Assembly: GCA_001800355.1 (NCBI GenBank)
Contig: MGVF01000129.1
Span: forward strand, 1 to 46,203
Direction of reading: 5' to 3'
Origin: Elusimicrobia bacterium RIFOXYA2_FULL_50_26
GTDB lineage: Bacteria > Elusimicrobiota > Endomicrobiia > Endomicrobiales > XYA2-FULL-47-53
DNA: 46,203 nt
Made by a program: the position numbers and the translations under genes. Below, one piece after another: positions 10,404-17,882 of the stretch (position 1 is its first letter; each line of letters opens with the position of its first letter). The notes under the pieces were generated by a model. It saw only the letters and a program-made list of their open reading frames with translations. It did no database searches and was not told where the DNA came from.

Positions 10404-11384
10404 ATGTATATGAAACTATTTATAATATGCTCAATTCCGTTTATTATTTCTTACGCGCTTTCGCGGGTGGTTATTTGGCGGAGCGCGGGCTGGGGGCTTA
10501 TTGATTTGCCGAATGCGCGCAGTTCGCATTCCGTTCCCACGCCGCGCGGCGGCGGGATAGGCATAGTTTCAGGCATTATTGCCGGCGTTGCGGTAGTTTA
10601 CGCGGCCGGGCTTGAACGCTTTACTTCATTGGCATGGCTGGCCGCGCTTACCGCGGCCATGGCGGTTACTGGTTTTGTAAGCGACCGCTGCAACTCGCCG
10701 GTGCGCCTGCGCCTGGCCGCGCAGCTTACCATGGCGCTTGCGGCGGTGTTTATTCTCGGGCGCGCCGGTATCTCCTGGCCGGGCGCTCTTATTGCAATAG
10801 GCATTGCAGGCGCCGTAAACTTCTATAATTTCATGGATGGCATTGACGGCCTTGCGGGCGCACAGGCGGCCATCGGCGGCGCCGCGCTTGCGGCCTTCGG
10901 ATTTATCACAGGGCAGTCCTGGCTTATTTTTTCAGGGTTAATCATGGCGGGCGCTGCCGCGGGATTTCTTGCGCTTAACGTTACCCCGGCAAAAATTTTC
11001 ATGGGCGATACGGGCAGTTACGCGATAGGATTTTTCTTCGCCTGCGTGCCATTGCTTGACGGCCGGCTGTTCGTTCCCGTCATGCTTGTGATGGGTACGT
11101 TTTTGTTCGATACCATTGTAACGCTTGCGTTAAAGCCCGGGCGCGGCATTCGTTGGCACGAGGCGCACCGCAGCCATTTTTATCAGCGGGCCGTGGCGCT
11201 TGGATATTCGCACCTGCAGGTTACCGCGGCCATGGGCGCGCTCACAATACTTTTTTCCGCGGGCGCATGTATATATCTTGTATCGCAGGCTACCGCGGTC
11301 AAGACTGTTATCGTAGCGGCAGAGTTGTCGGCGCTCGTTTTATGCGCCGCGCTGATAAGTAAAAACAGGAGAGGTCTGGCATGA
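10404..11384 (+). CDS. polyprenyl-phosphate HexNAc-1-phosphate transferase (MraY/WecA/WbpL family)
   Basis: Polytopic membrane protein with NFYNFMDGIDGLAG and IFMGDTGSY motifs. Start is 10404 or 10410. Confidence 0.85.
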   Translation: MYMKLFIICSIPFIISYALSRVVIWRSAGWGLIDLPNARSSHSVPTPRGGGIGIVSGIIAGVAVVYAAGLERFTSLAWLAALTAAMAVTGFVSDRCNSPVRLRLAAQLTMALAAVFILGRAGISWPGALIAIGIAGAVNFYNFMDGIDGLAGAQAAIGGAALAAFGFITGQSWLIFSGLIMAGAAAGFLALNVTPAKIFMGDTGSYAIGFFFACVPLLDGRLFVPVMLVMGTFLFDTIVTLALKPGRGIRWHEAHRSHFYQRAVALGYSHLQVTAAMGALTILFSAGACIYLVSQATAVKTVIVAAELSALVLCAALISKNRRGLA

Positions 11385-13219
11385 AAAAAATCCGGTACTA
11401 CCGCAAGATTCTTGTCGTCTGCATGGATATCGCGTTGACAGCCATAAGTTTCTTCCTGGCATTTTACCTGCGTTTCGACGGGCGCGTCCCGGCCGAACAC
11501 ATGGTTGGCTATTACACCTGGATGCCGGTGCTTGTCGGCATACGCCTGGGCTTCTTTTTGTTTTTCGATTTATACGGCGGCATGTGGCGTTACGCAAGCA
11601 TCAACGACCTGCTGGCGATAATCAAGGCGGCTGGTTCCGGCAGCATGGTGTTCGTGCTGGTTATCGTATTTTTTCACGGGCTTGTCGGTTTCCCAAGGTC
11701 GGTGTTCATTACCGAGCTTGTTTTTACAATTGTTCTTCTCGGCGCCAGCAGGTTTGCGCTCAGGGTTCACCGCGAGGTATTTCCTAAGAAAAGCATGCTT
11801 GCCGAGAAAAAACTGCTTATCATCGGGGCCGGGGATGCGGGCTACATGCTGTTGCGCGAGATAAAAAACAATCCCGCGCTGAATTATCGCGTCGTAGGTT
11901 TTATTGATGATGAAAAATTAAAACAGAGCATGAACATACAGGGTGTGCCGATACTCGGCACCCGCCATGACATTGCCCGCGTGGTGGAGTTGATGGAAGT
12001 TGACGAGATAATTATCGCAATCCCGTCCGCAACGCGCTACCAGCTAAGGCCGATCGTCGAGGAATGCGAAAAGGCGCGCGTAAGAGTAAAGACTACGCCT
12101 GCCATCGGCGATCTTATTAACGGGAAAATTACCTTCAGCCAGGTGCGCGAGGTCCAGATTGAGGATCTCCTGGGACGCGAAGTGGTGCGCATTGACAAGG
12201 ACATAATCGGCAAATACATCGCCGGTAAAAGGGTGATGGTAACCGGCGCCGGCGGTTCGATAGGAAGCGCGATCTGCCGCAAGGTGATGAAGTTCGCGCC
12301 CAAATCGCTTGTGCTTTTCGGCCGGGGGGAATTCAGCATATACGAGATAAATAACGAGCTGTCGTCGGTAAAAGGCGAAACTGAGCTTGCCCAGGTCATC
12401 GGCGGAGCGACGGACAAGCGCCGGCTGGACGCAATTTTGGAAAAATACAGGCCGCAGATAATATTTCATGCCGGCGCGGACAAGCATGTTCCTTTGCTTG
12501 AGCTAAATCCCGGCGAGGCGATTTTAAACAATGTCATAGGAACAAAGTGCCTGATAGAATCGGCCGAGGAACATGGCGTTGAAAAGGTTGTATGCATTTC
12601 CACCGATAAGGCCGCGGACCCGGTAAGCGTGATGGGCTGCGCAAAGCGTATCGTCGAGATGATTATCCAGGGCAGGAAGAGCGAAACCACCACTACTATC
12701 GGCGTGCGGTTCGGCAACGTGCTCGGTTCGCGCGGCAGCGTTATACCGCTGTTCCGCCGGCAGATAGCGCGCGGCGGCCCGGTAACCGTTACACACCCCG
12801 AAATGGTGCGCTATTTCATGACTATCCCCGAGGCGGCCGGGCTTGTGCTTCAGGCTGGCGCCATGGGAAAATGCGGCGACCTGTTTCTTTTGGACATGGG
12901 AAACCCCGTCAATATACATGACCTTGCGCGCCAGATGATTCTGCTTTCGGGGCTTGAGCCGGATAAGGATATACCCATAGAGTTCACGGGTTTAAGGCCG
13001 GGCGAAAAACTGGTTGAATCGCTGACCGGCGCAAACGAGGCGCTTTGCCACTCCGATCACGCAAAAATATTCCTGATCAAATTTCACGGCGAACAGCCCG
13101 GGTTAAGCCGGCAGCATATAGAAGAGCTTGCTGCCATGGCAATGGAATCCGATAGCGATAGCATCAGGCGAAAACTCAAAGAGATCGTGCCAAACTACCA
13201 ACCCTGGACGCAAAATTGA
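11381..13219 (+). CDS. membrane-anchored NDP-sugar 4,6-dehydratase/epimerase (CapD/PglF/WbpM family)
   Basis: ATGA overlap at 11381-11384. Four N-terminal TM helices, LLIIGAGDAG and VMVTGAGGSIGSAICRKV Rossmann motifs, and ISTDKAADP. Confidence 0.85.
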   Translation: MKKIRYYRKILVVCMDIALTAISFFLAFYLRFDGRVPAEHMVGYYTWMPVLVGIRLGFFLFFDLYGGMWRYASINDLLAIIKAAGSGSMVFVLVIVFFHGLVGFPRSVFITELVFTIVLLGASRFALRVHREVFPKKSMLAEKKLLIIGAGDAGYMLLREIKNNPALNYRVVGFIDDEKLKQSMNIQGVPILGTRHDIARVVELMEVDEIIIAIPSATRYQLRPIVEECEKARVRVKTTPAIGDLINGKITFSQVREVQIEDLLGREVVRIDKDIIGKYIAGKRVMVTGAGGSIGSAICRKVMKFAPKSLVLFGRGEFSIYEINNELSSVKGETELAQVIGGATDKRRLDAILEKYRPQIIFHAGADKHVPLLELNPGEAILNNVIGTKCLIESAEEHGVEKVVCISTDKAADPVSVMGCAKRIVEMIIQGRKSETTTTIGVRFGNVLGSRGSVIPLFRRQIARGGPVTVTHPEMVRYFMTIPEAAGLVLQAGAMGKCGDLFLLDMGNPVNIHDLARQMILLSGLEPDKDIPIEFTGLRPGEKLVESLTGANEALCHSDHAKIFLIKFHGEQPGLSRQHIEELAAMAMESDSDSIRRKLKEIVPNYQPWTQN

Positions 13220-13263
13220 CAAAATAGCCGGATTGTACTAATATTGAAGTGTAATTTATAATT

Positions 13264-13428
13264 CCCCCTCACCCCACCCTCTCCCCAAAGGGTAGAGGGC
13301 TTCAGGCATATAATTCCTCTCCCCAAAGGGTGGAGGGTTTTAGTCTTATAATTCTGCTCCCCAAAGGGTGGAGGGTTTTAGTCTTATAATTCCTCTCCCC
13401 GTCGGGGAGAGGATTAAGGTGAGGGGGG
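13264..13428. repeat. R1 mosaic element, 4 hairpin units in 38-bp tandem
   Basis: CCTCTCCCC-NNN-GGG(T/G)(A/G)GAGG units start at 13278, 13316, 13354 and 13392 (exact 38-bp period). Bounded by CCCCCTCACC ... GGTGAGGGGGG. Confidence 0.9.
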
Positions 13429-13464
13429 ACGTCTAAAAGCTACATTTAAAAGTACAGGTAAATC

Positions 13465-14268
13465 ATGGATGGCATAGGTATAATTCAATCGGTTGTGCTG
13501 GGCGTGGTGGAAGGGTTGACGGAGTTTCTGCCCATTTCTTCGACGGGGCACCTCATTCTTGCGGCGGAGATGCTCGGCGCTCACGGCGAGAAGGCCAAGC
13601 TTTTCGAGGTGTTTATCCAGCTGGGCGCGATACTTGCGGTGTTGTGGATTTACCGCCGGAAAATAGTTTCCGTTATAATGCAGTTGCCGTCCGAAACCGG
13701 CGCCCGCCGCCTTGCGCTGGGGCTTGTGATAGCGTTCCTGCCCGCGGCCGTCGTAGGCCTGGTGGCGCATAACGGCATAAAAAAATACCTCTTCTCTCCG
13801 TACACGGTGGCCGTGGCGCTTTTTATCGGCGGCCTTGTGATTATGTGGATAGAAAGCAGGAAGCACAGCGGCACGATAGAAGACGTTGACAAACTCACGC
13901 TCCGTTCCGCGTTTCTTGTAGGTATCGCGCAGGTGTTCGCGCTGGTGCCGGGCGTATCGCGCGCCGGCGCAACCATCATGGGCGGCCTGCTTGCCGGGAT
14001 GTCGCGCAAAACCGCGACGGAATTCTCGTTTTTCCTGGCCATTCCCACAATGCTTGCGGCAACTACGTTCGATCTCGCCAAGGGGTATTCCGCGCTGACT
14101 TCAGGCGATATGAAAATACTTGCCGTCGGCTTTATCGCCGCATTCGTATCCGCGCTATGGGTTGTCCGCTGGCTGCTTGCATTCATATCGCACAACGATT
14201 TCAAGCTCTTCGCCTGGTACCGCATAATATTCGGCATATTCCTGATGCTACTATATTATTTCAGGTAA
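13465..14268 (+). CDS. uppP: undecaprenyl-diphosphate phosphatase
   Basis: GVVEGLTEFLPISSTGHLIL and VPGVSRAGATI signature blocks of BacA/UppP; 267 aa. Confidence 0.9.
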   Translation: MDGIGIIQSVVLGVVEGLTEFLPISSTGHLILAAEMLGAHGEKAKLFEVFIQLGAILAVLWIYRRKIVSVIMQLPSETGARRLALGLVIAFLPAAVVGLVAHNGIKKYLFSPYTVAVALFIGGLVIMWIESRKHSGTIEDVDKLTLRSAFLVGIAQVFALVPGVSRAGATIMGGLLAGMSRKTATEFSFFLAIPTMLAATTFDLAKGYSALTSGDMKILAVGFIAAFVSALWVVRWLLAFISHNDFKLFAWYRIIFGIFLMLLYYFR

Positions 14269-14437
14269 CCATAAGTTCCTTCTCCCCGTCGGGGAGAAGG
14301 CCAGGATGAGGGGGAAGTCGCCGGGGACAGAACGTTCAACTCCCCCTCACCTTAATCCTCTCCCCGAAGGGGAGAGGAAATGAGTCAACGGCGATAATCT
14401 CAGGCTTATTTACAATGACAAACTCAGGATGAGGGGG
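14269..14437 (+). mobile_element. R1 bipartite element (MITE-like)
   Basis: CATAAGTTCCTTCTCCCC-GTC-GGGGAGAAGGCCAGGATGAGGGGG, a 27-nt spacer, then CCCCCTCACCTTAATCCTCTCCCC-GAA-GGGGAGAGGAAATGAG..GCGATAATC. Starts directly after the uppP stop. A solo CAGGATGAGGGGG sits at 14425-14437. Confidence 0.8.
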
Positions 14438-14473
14438 TAATGTAGTTATTTCAGCCGGAAAAGGATAATTAAA

Positions 14474-15115
14474 ATGATCGAGCAAATTTTAGGCGTGCTT
14501 TCACAGTTTGTCATTAGCACAATCAATTCCATGGGTTATGCCGGCATAGCGTTGCTTATGGCTATTGAAAGCGCATGTATCCCGCTGCCGTCGGAAGTCA
14601 TCCTGCCGTTTTCGGGTTACCTTGTGGCGCAGGGCGTTTTCAACATTCACCTCGTCGCGCTTGCCGGCGCAATCGGTTGCGTTCTCGGCTCCATCGTCGC
14701 ATATTACGCCGGCGCATGGGGCGGCCGCGCATGGATAATGAAATATGGCAAGTACGTGCTTATTTCGAGGCATGACATGGACATGGCGGACCGCTGGTTC
14801 GAGCGCCACGGCGAGATAACCGTGTTTGTCGCACGCCTCCTGCCGGTAATCCGCACATTCATCGCGCTTCCGGCCGGCATCGCCAAAATGAGAATGTCCA
14901 CGTTTATAATTTACACGTTCGTCGGTTCTTATATCTGGAGCTGGGCGCTTGCCTGGGTGGGTTACAGGATGGGGCAGAACTGGGCGTCAATTCGCGTTTA
15001 TTTTCACAAGTTCGATTTCGCCATCGGCGCGGTGATGGTTGTCGGCGCCACTTGGTATATATGGCGCCACATAAAAGCCGTCAGGTCGGAGAACGGCGAC
15101 AGTCAGGTTGGATAA
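14474..15115 (+). CDS. DedA family membrane protein
   Basis: ESACIPLPSEVILPFSGYLVAQG and VARLLPVIRTFIALPAG motifs of the DedA/SNARE-associated family. Confidence 0.85.
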   Translation: MIEQILGVLSQFVISTINSMGYAGIALLMAIESACIPLPSEVILPFSGYLVAQGVFNIHLVALAGAIGCVLGSIVAYYAGAWGGRAWIMKYGKYVLISRHDMDMADRWFERHGEITVFVARLLPVIRTFIALPAGIAKMRMSTFIIYTFVGSYIWSWALAWVGYRMGQNWASIRVYFHKFDFAIGAVMVVGATWYIWRHIKAVRSENGDSQVG

Positions 15116-15122
15116 ATAAAAG

Positions 15123-15243
15123 GTGTCTCTTTAGCAGTTTGAGGTTGTCGTCGTCATTGCGAGCCCAAAGGGCGCGGCAATCTCGCTTTTCATCAGAAGC
15201 AACGTCGAGATTGCTTCGCTTTCGCTCGCAATGACCTCAAACT
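15123..15243 (+). mobile_element. R2a MITE (GTCATTGCGAGC palindrome family)
   Basis: 121 bp flanked by a perfect 9-bp direct repeat AAATAAAAG (15114-15122 and 15244-15252). Left end GTGTCTCTTTAGCAGTTTGAGG; the right terminal repeat is shortened. Inserted between the convergent stops of dedA and the hydrolase gene. Confidence 0.8.
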
Positions 15244-15252
15244 AAATAAAAG

Positions 15253-16446
15253 TTATTGTTGCGAAGTTGTAGCGTTGGTAAGAGCGGGCGCCTGTTCAGA
15301 TTCAGGTTCCGCTCTTTTTGTTTTCTCGTAGGTATCGGCGAAACTTTCGGGCTTCAGCGCGCCTTTGGTGTAAACGCAGCGGGGGTTCCACAGCAGCCAT
15401 TCGCCTATATCGTTGTCGTATAATGCCTGTATCTGCGCCTGAACTTCCCGTGCGCCGTAACGGTGTCCCAGCGAGAAATCCTGCAGCCATGGCCGCAGTT
15501 TTGACGCGGCCTCGCCCATGCGCTTGCGCGCGCCCGACATACTCATGAACACCGTGCGATAAGGCTGCGAGTCCGGGTTTTCAATTCCGTATTCACCATT
15601 GGCATAGTGCGAAGGGTACACCATCGGGCTGACGAAATCTATCCACCTTGACATGTCCACCATCTTCTGGCCGATGCCCATGTCATGTTGCACAGTAGTA
15701 GTAAGCCCGAAAACGTCTATCGAAAGTTTTACGCCCATTGGTGCAAGCTGCCGGCAGGCTTCTTCGAGGAAACCGTTTAGCGCAACCGCGGCGGCGGATG
15801 AATTATGCACCTGGCTATAGCGGCAGTTCCGGGTGTTGCCGTCGGAAGGAAAGCGGATGTAATCGAATTGTATCTCGTCAAACCCAAGCTCCGCCGCGCG
15901 CCGGGCAACGGCAAGATTGTACTCCCATGCCGCCTTGTTGTACGGGTCAAGCCATGCAATCTGGCGCCGATCTTCCCAAAGCCCGCCGCCCGCATCCTTT
16001 ACGGCAAGCGCAGGCTGCTTTCGCGCCATAAGGTTATCCTTAAACACCACTATCCGCGCAATCGTATATATATTGCGTTGTTTTAAGGATGCGATATAAT
16101 CTTTTATTCCCGGGATGGCAGGGACGAAAGTCCGGTATTTCTCCGCGGCGTCAATGCCGGGTATATATACTTCGCCCTCGTACTCTTTAACGTCTATAAC
16201 AAGCGAGTTAAGCTCGGTCTCATCCAGCAGTTTGGCGATGGTTTCGCGCGATTTTGGCGAGCCCGCCACCCACGCGGTAAGATGAATGCCGCGCACGTAT
16301 TTCGGTTTTACCGGCATAACCACGGCTTTAGTTTCCACAGGCGCTTCGTCAGCCGAAAAAGCGCCATGCCTTTTGCCAACCCAAATACCGGCCACCAGGG
16401 CTGGTATCACCACAAGCGTAAAAATCTTCCTTGTTTTGTTCAACAA
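15253..16446 (-). CDS. membrane-anchored putative glycoside hydrolase (DUF4015-like TIM barrel)
   Basis: N-terminal anchor and a GFDEIQFDYIRFPSDG motif typical of the DUF4015 family. TTG start with GGAG 5 nt upstream. It is the only minus-strand gene in this stretch. Confidence 0.6.
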   Translation of the reverse strand: MLNKTRKIFTLVVIPALVAGIWVGKRHGAFSADEAPVETKAVVMPVKPKYVRGIHLTAWVAGSPKSRETIAKLLDETELNSLVIDVKEYEGEVYIPGIDAAEKYRTFVPAIPGIKDYIASLKQRNIYTIARIVVFKDNLMARKQPALAVKDAGGGLWEDRRQIAWLDPYNKAAWEYNLAVARRAAELGFDEIQFDYIRFPSDGNTRNCRYSQVHNSSAAAVALNGFLEEACRQLAPMGVKLSIDVFGLTTTVQHDMGIGQKMVDMSRWIDFVSPMVYPSHYANGEYGIENPDSQPYRTVFMSMSGARKRMGEAASKLRPWLQDFSLGHRYGAREVQAQIQALYDNDIGEWLLWNPRCVYTKGALKPESFADTYEKTKRAEPESEQAPALTNATTSQQ

Positions 16447-16491
16447 AAAATCTCCTTAAAATCTTCCCGCTGTCCCCTCGTAAACTTACTT

Positions 16492-16650
16492 GCGATTATA
16501 CATAAGTCTGGGATTATCGTCGGTGCCTCGTTTCCTCTCCCCGCCGGGGAGAGGATTAAGGTGAGGGGGAGCTAAAGGTTCTGCTCCCGGCGATTTCCCC
16601 CTCATCCTGCCCTTCTCCCCGCCGGGGAGAAGGAACTTATGTATAATCGC
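16492..16650 (-). mobile_element. R1 bipartite element with 16-bp perfect terminal inverted repeat
   Basis: GCGATTATACATAAGT (16492-16507) is the exact reverse complement of ACTTATGTATAATCGC (16635-16650). The core is the reverse complement of the 14269 copy. Confidence 0.85.
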
Positions 16651-16689
16651 AGGCTTAAACTTAAGAGGGGAAGGCGTAGTCAAACACGT

Positions 16690-16718
16690 ATACTACCTTA
16701 TAATGTATTCGTTGTCAA
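16690..16718 (-). promoter_or_regulatory. sigma-70-like promoter for the hydrolase gene
   Basis: The minus strand reads TTGACA-17 nt-TAGTAT. The transcript would cross the 16492-16650 element before the start at 16446. Confidence 0.4.
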
Positions 16719-16726
16719 ATTAGCCC

Positions 16727-16755
16727 TTGACACGAATAGTGCGTTATGTTAAACT
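16727..16755 (+). promoter_or_regulatory. sigma-70-like promoter for 16934..17422
   Basis: TTGACA (16727-16732)-17 nt-TAAACT (16750-16755), back to back with the minus-strand -35. The R2a MITE lies between the promoter and the ATG. Confidence 0.4.
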
Positions 16756-16786
16756 CATAAAAGCGATAATTATATTTGTAAGCGAG

Positions 16787-16907
16787 TGTCTCTTTAGCAG
16801 TTTGAGGTCATTGCGAGCGAGAGCGAAGCAATCTCGATGTTGCTTCTGATTAAAAGCGAGATTGCCGCGCCCTTTGGGCTCGCAATGACGAAACGCTAAA
16901 GAGATAC
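16787..16907 (-). mobile_element. R2a MITE
   Basis: 121 bp flanked by a perfect 9-bp direct repeat GTAAGCGAG (16778-16786 and 16908-16916). Termini TGTCTCTTTAGC / GCTAAAGAGATAC. The core is the reverse complement of the 15123 copy (about 4 mismatches). Confidence 0.9.
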
Positions 16908-16933
16908 GTAAGCGAGAAGAAAAGAGGCCAGGT

Positions 16934-17422
16934 ATGGATAAAGAACAACTTAACAGAAGAAAAGTGTTGCTGCTTCCCGAGGAAGTGGCTATTTTTAAAT
17001 GGTTGTTCCTTAAAAGCCTGGGGCCGATCGTTGTAACGCTTATTGCAAGCTGCGCGGTTCTTTTTCTGGGAGTTCAGTTTGCGATTAACCAGGTTTTTAT
17101 CTCAAGTTTCGGAGGGATGCAGCCGGCTTTCAGCCTGCATAAAATACCACAGTTTATCTACACTTACCTCTACCTTGCGTCCGCGAACATTCTTCTTATG
17201 ACGTACGTCTGTTTTGTAGTCATATATATCCTTGTGCGCAACCTTGTGCTGCCCGTTATGCGCATAACCCGCGAAATGAAGAAATCCCTTGAAGAAAACA
17301 AGCCCGTCAAAGTCGGCTTTCGCAAGAACGACCTGCTGATGATGCCGCTTGCCGAAACCATAAATAAACTCGCCGAAAAAGCAAACGTTCCCACCCCGCC
17401 ATCCGGCGACACACCGCAATAA
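16934..17422 (+). CDS. small membrane protein with HAMP-like domain only
   Basis: TM helices, then LVLPVMRITREMKKSLEENKPVKVGFRKNDLLMMPLAETINKLAEK (HAMP pattern). No output domain. Confidence 0.5.
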   Translation: MDKEQLNRRKVLLLPEEVAIFKWLFLKSLGPIVVTLIASCAVLFLGVQFAINQVFISSFGGMQPAFSLHKIPQFIYTYLYLASANILLMTYVCFVVIYILVRNLVLPVMRITREMKKSLEENKPVKVGFRKNDLLMMPLAETINKLAEKANVPTPPSGDTPQ

Positions 17423-17429
17423 AAAATTC

Positions 17430-17852
17430 CTACTTGTTTTTGTTTAAGGAAATAAGCTTGTTGATGCGCTCGGCCACGCCGATTAGCGCGTCGTTGGGGC
17501 GCAAGATAATGGCCCTGTCCTTGCCGGCGATAATCTCGTCAAGCAGTTGTTCCATGCGCTTAATGGGGCCTGCCACGCGGTAGGAGATGGCGAGGATGAA
17601 TCGGAAGGCTACGAGGAATAACACGACGGAAAGCGCGCCCCAGAATATAAAGGCAAGCTTAATCTTGTCGCCCAGTGAGATCGGATTATAAAAATCCATC
17701 TGCGCCGCCTTGATAAACAGGAACGTGCTTACCATTATCACCAGCAGGAACACTGTAATAACGACAAAAAATAAAAGCACGTATTCCTTCGTGCCCGGCA
17801 CATCGGAAAACAGCACGTTAAATATGCTTCTCTTGTTGTTCTGGCTACTCAT
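17430..17852 (-). CDS. small membrane protein with HAMP-like domain only (paralog of 16934..17422)
   Basis: Two TM helices, then SYRVAGPIKRMEQLLDEIIAGKDRAIILRPNDALIGVAERINKL. It is the last gene of the minus-strand pilin operon. Confidence 0.5.
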   Translation of the reverse strand: MSSQNNKRSIFNVLFSDVPGTKEYVLLFFVVITVFLLVIMVSTFLFIKAAQMDFYNPISLGDKIKLAFIFWGALSVVLFLVAFRFILAISYRVAGPIKRMEQLLDEIIAGKDRAIILRPNDALIGVAERINKLISLNKNK

Positions 17853-17882
17853 GTAAAAACCTCCGTCTTAACTTCTCTGCAA

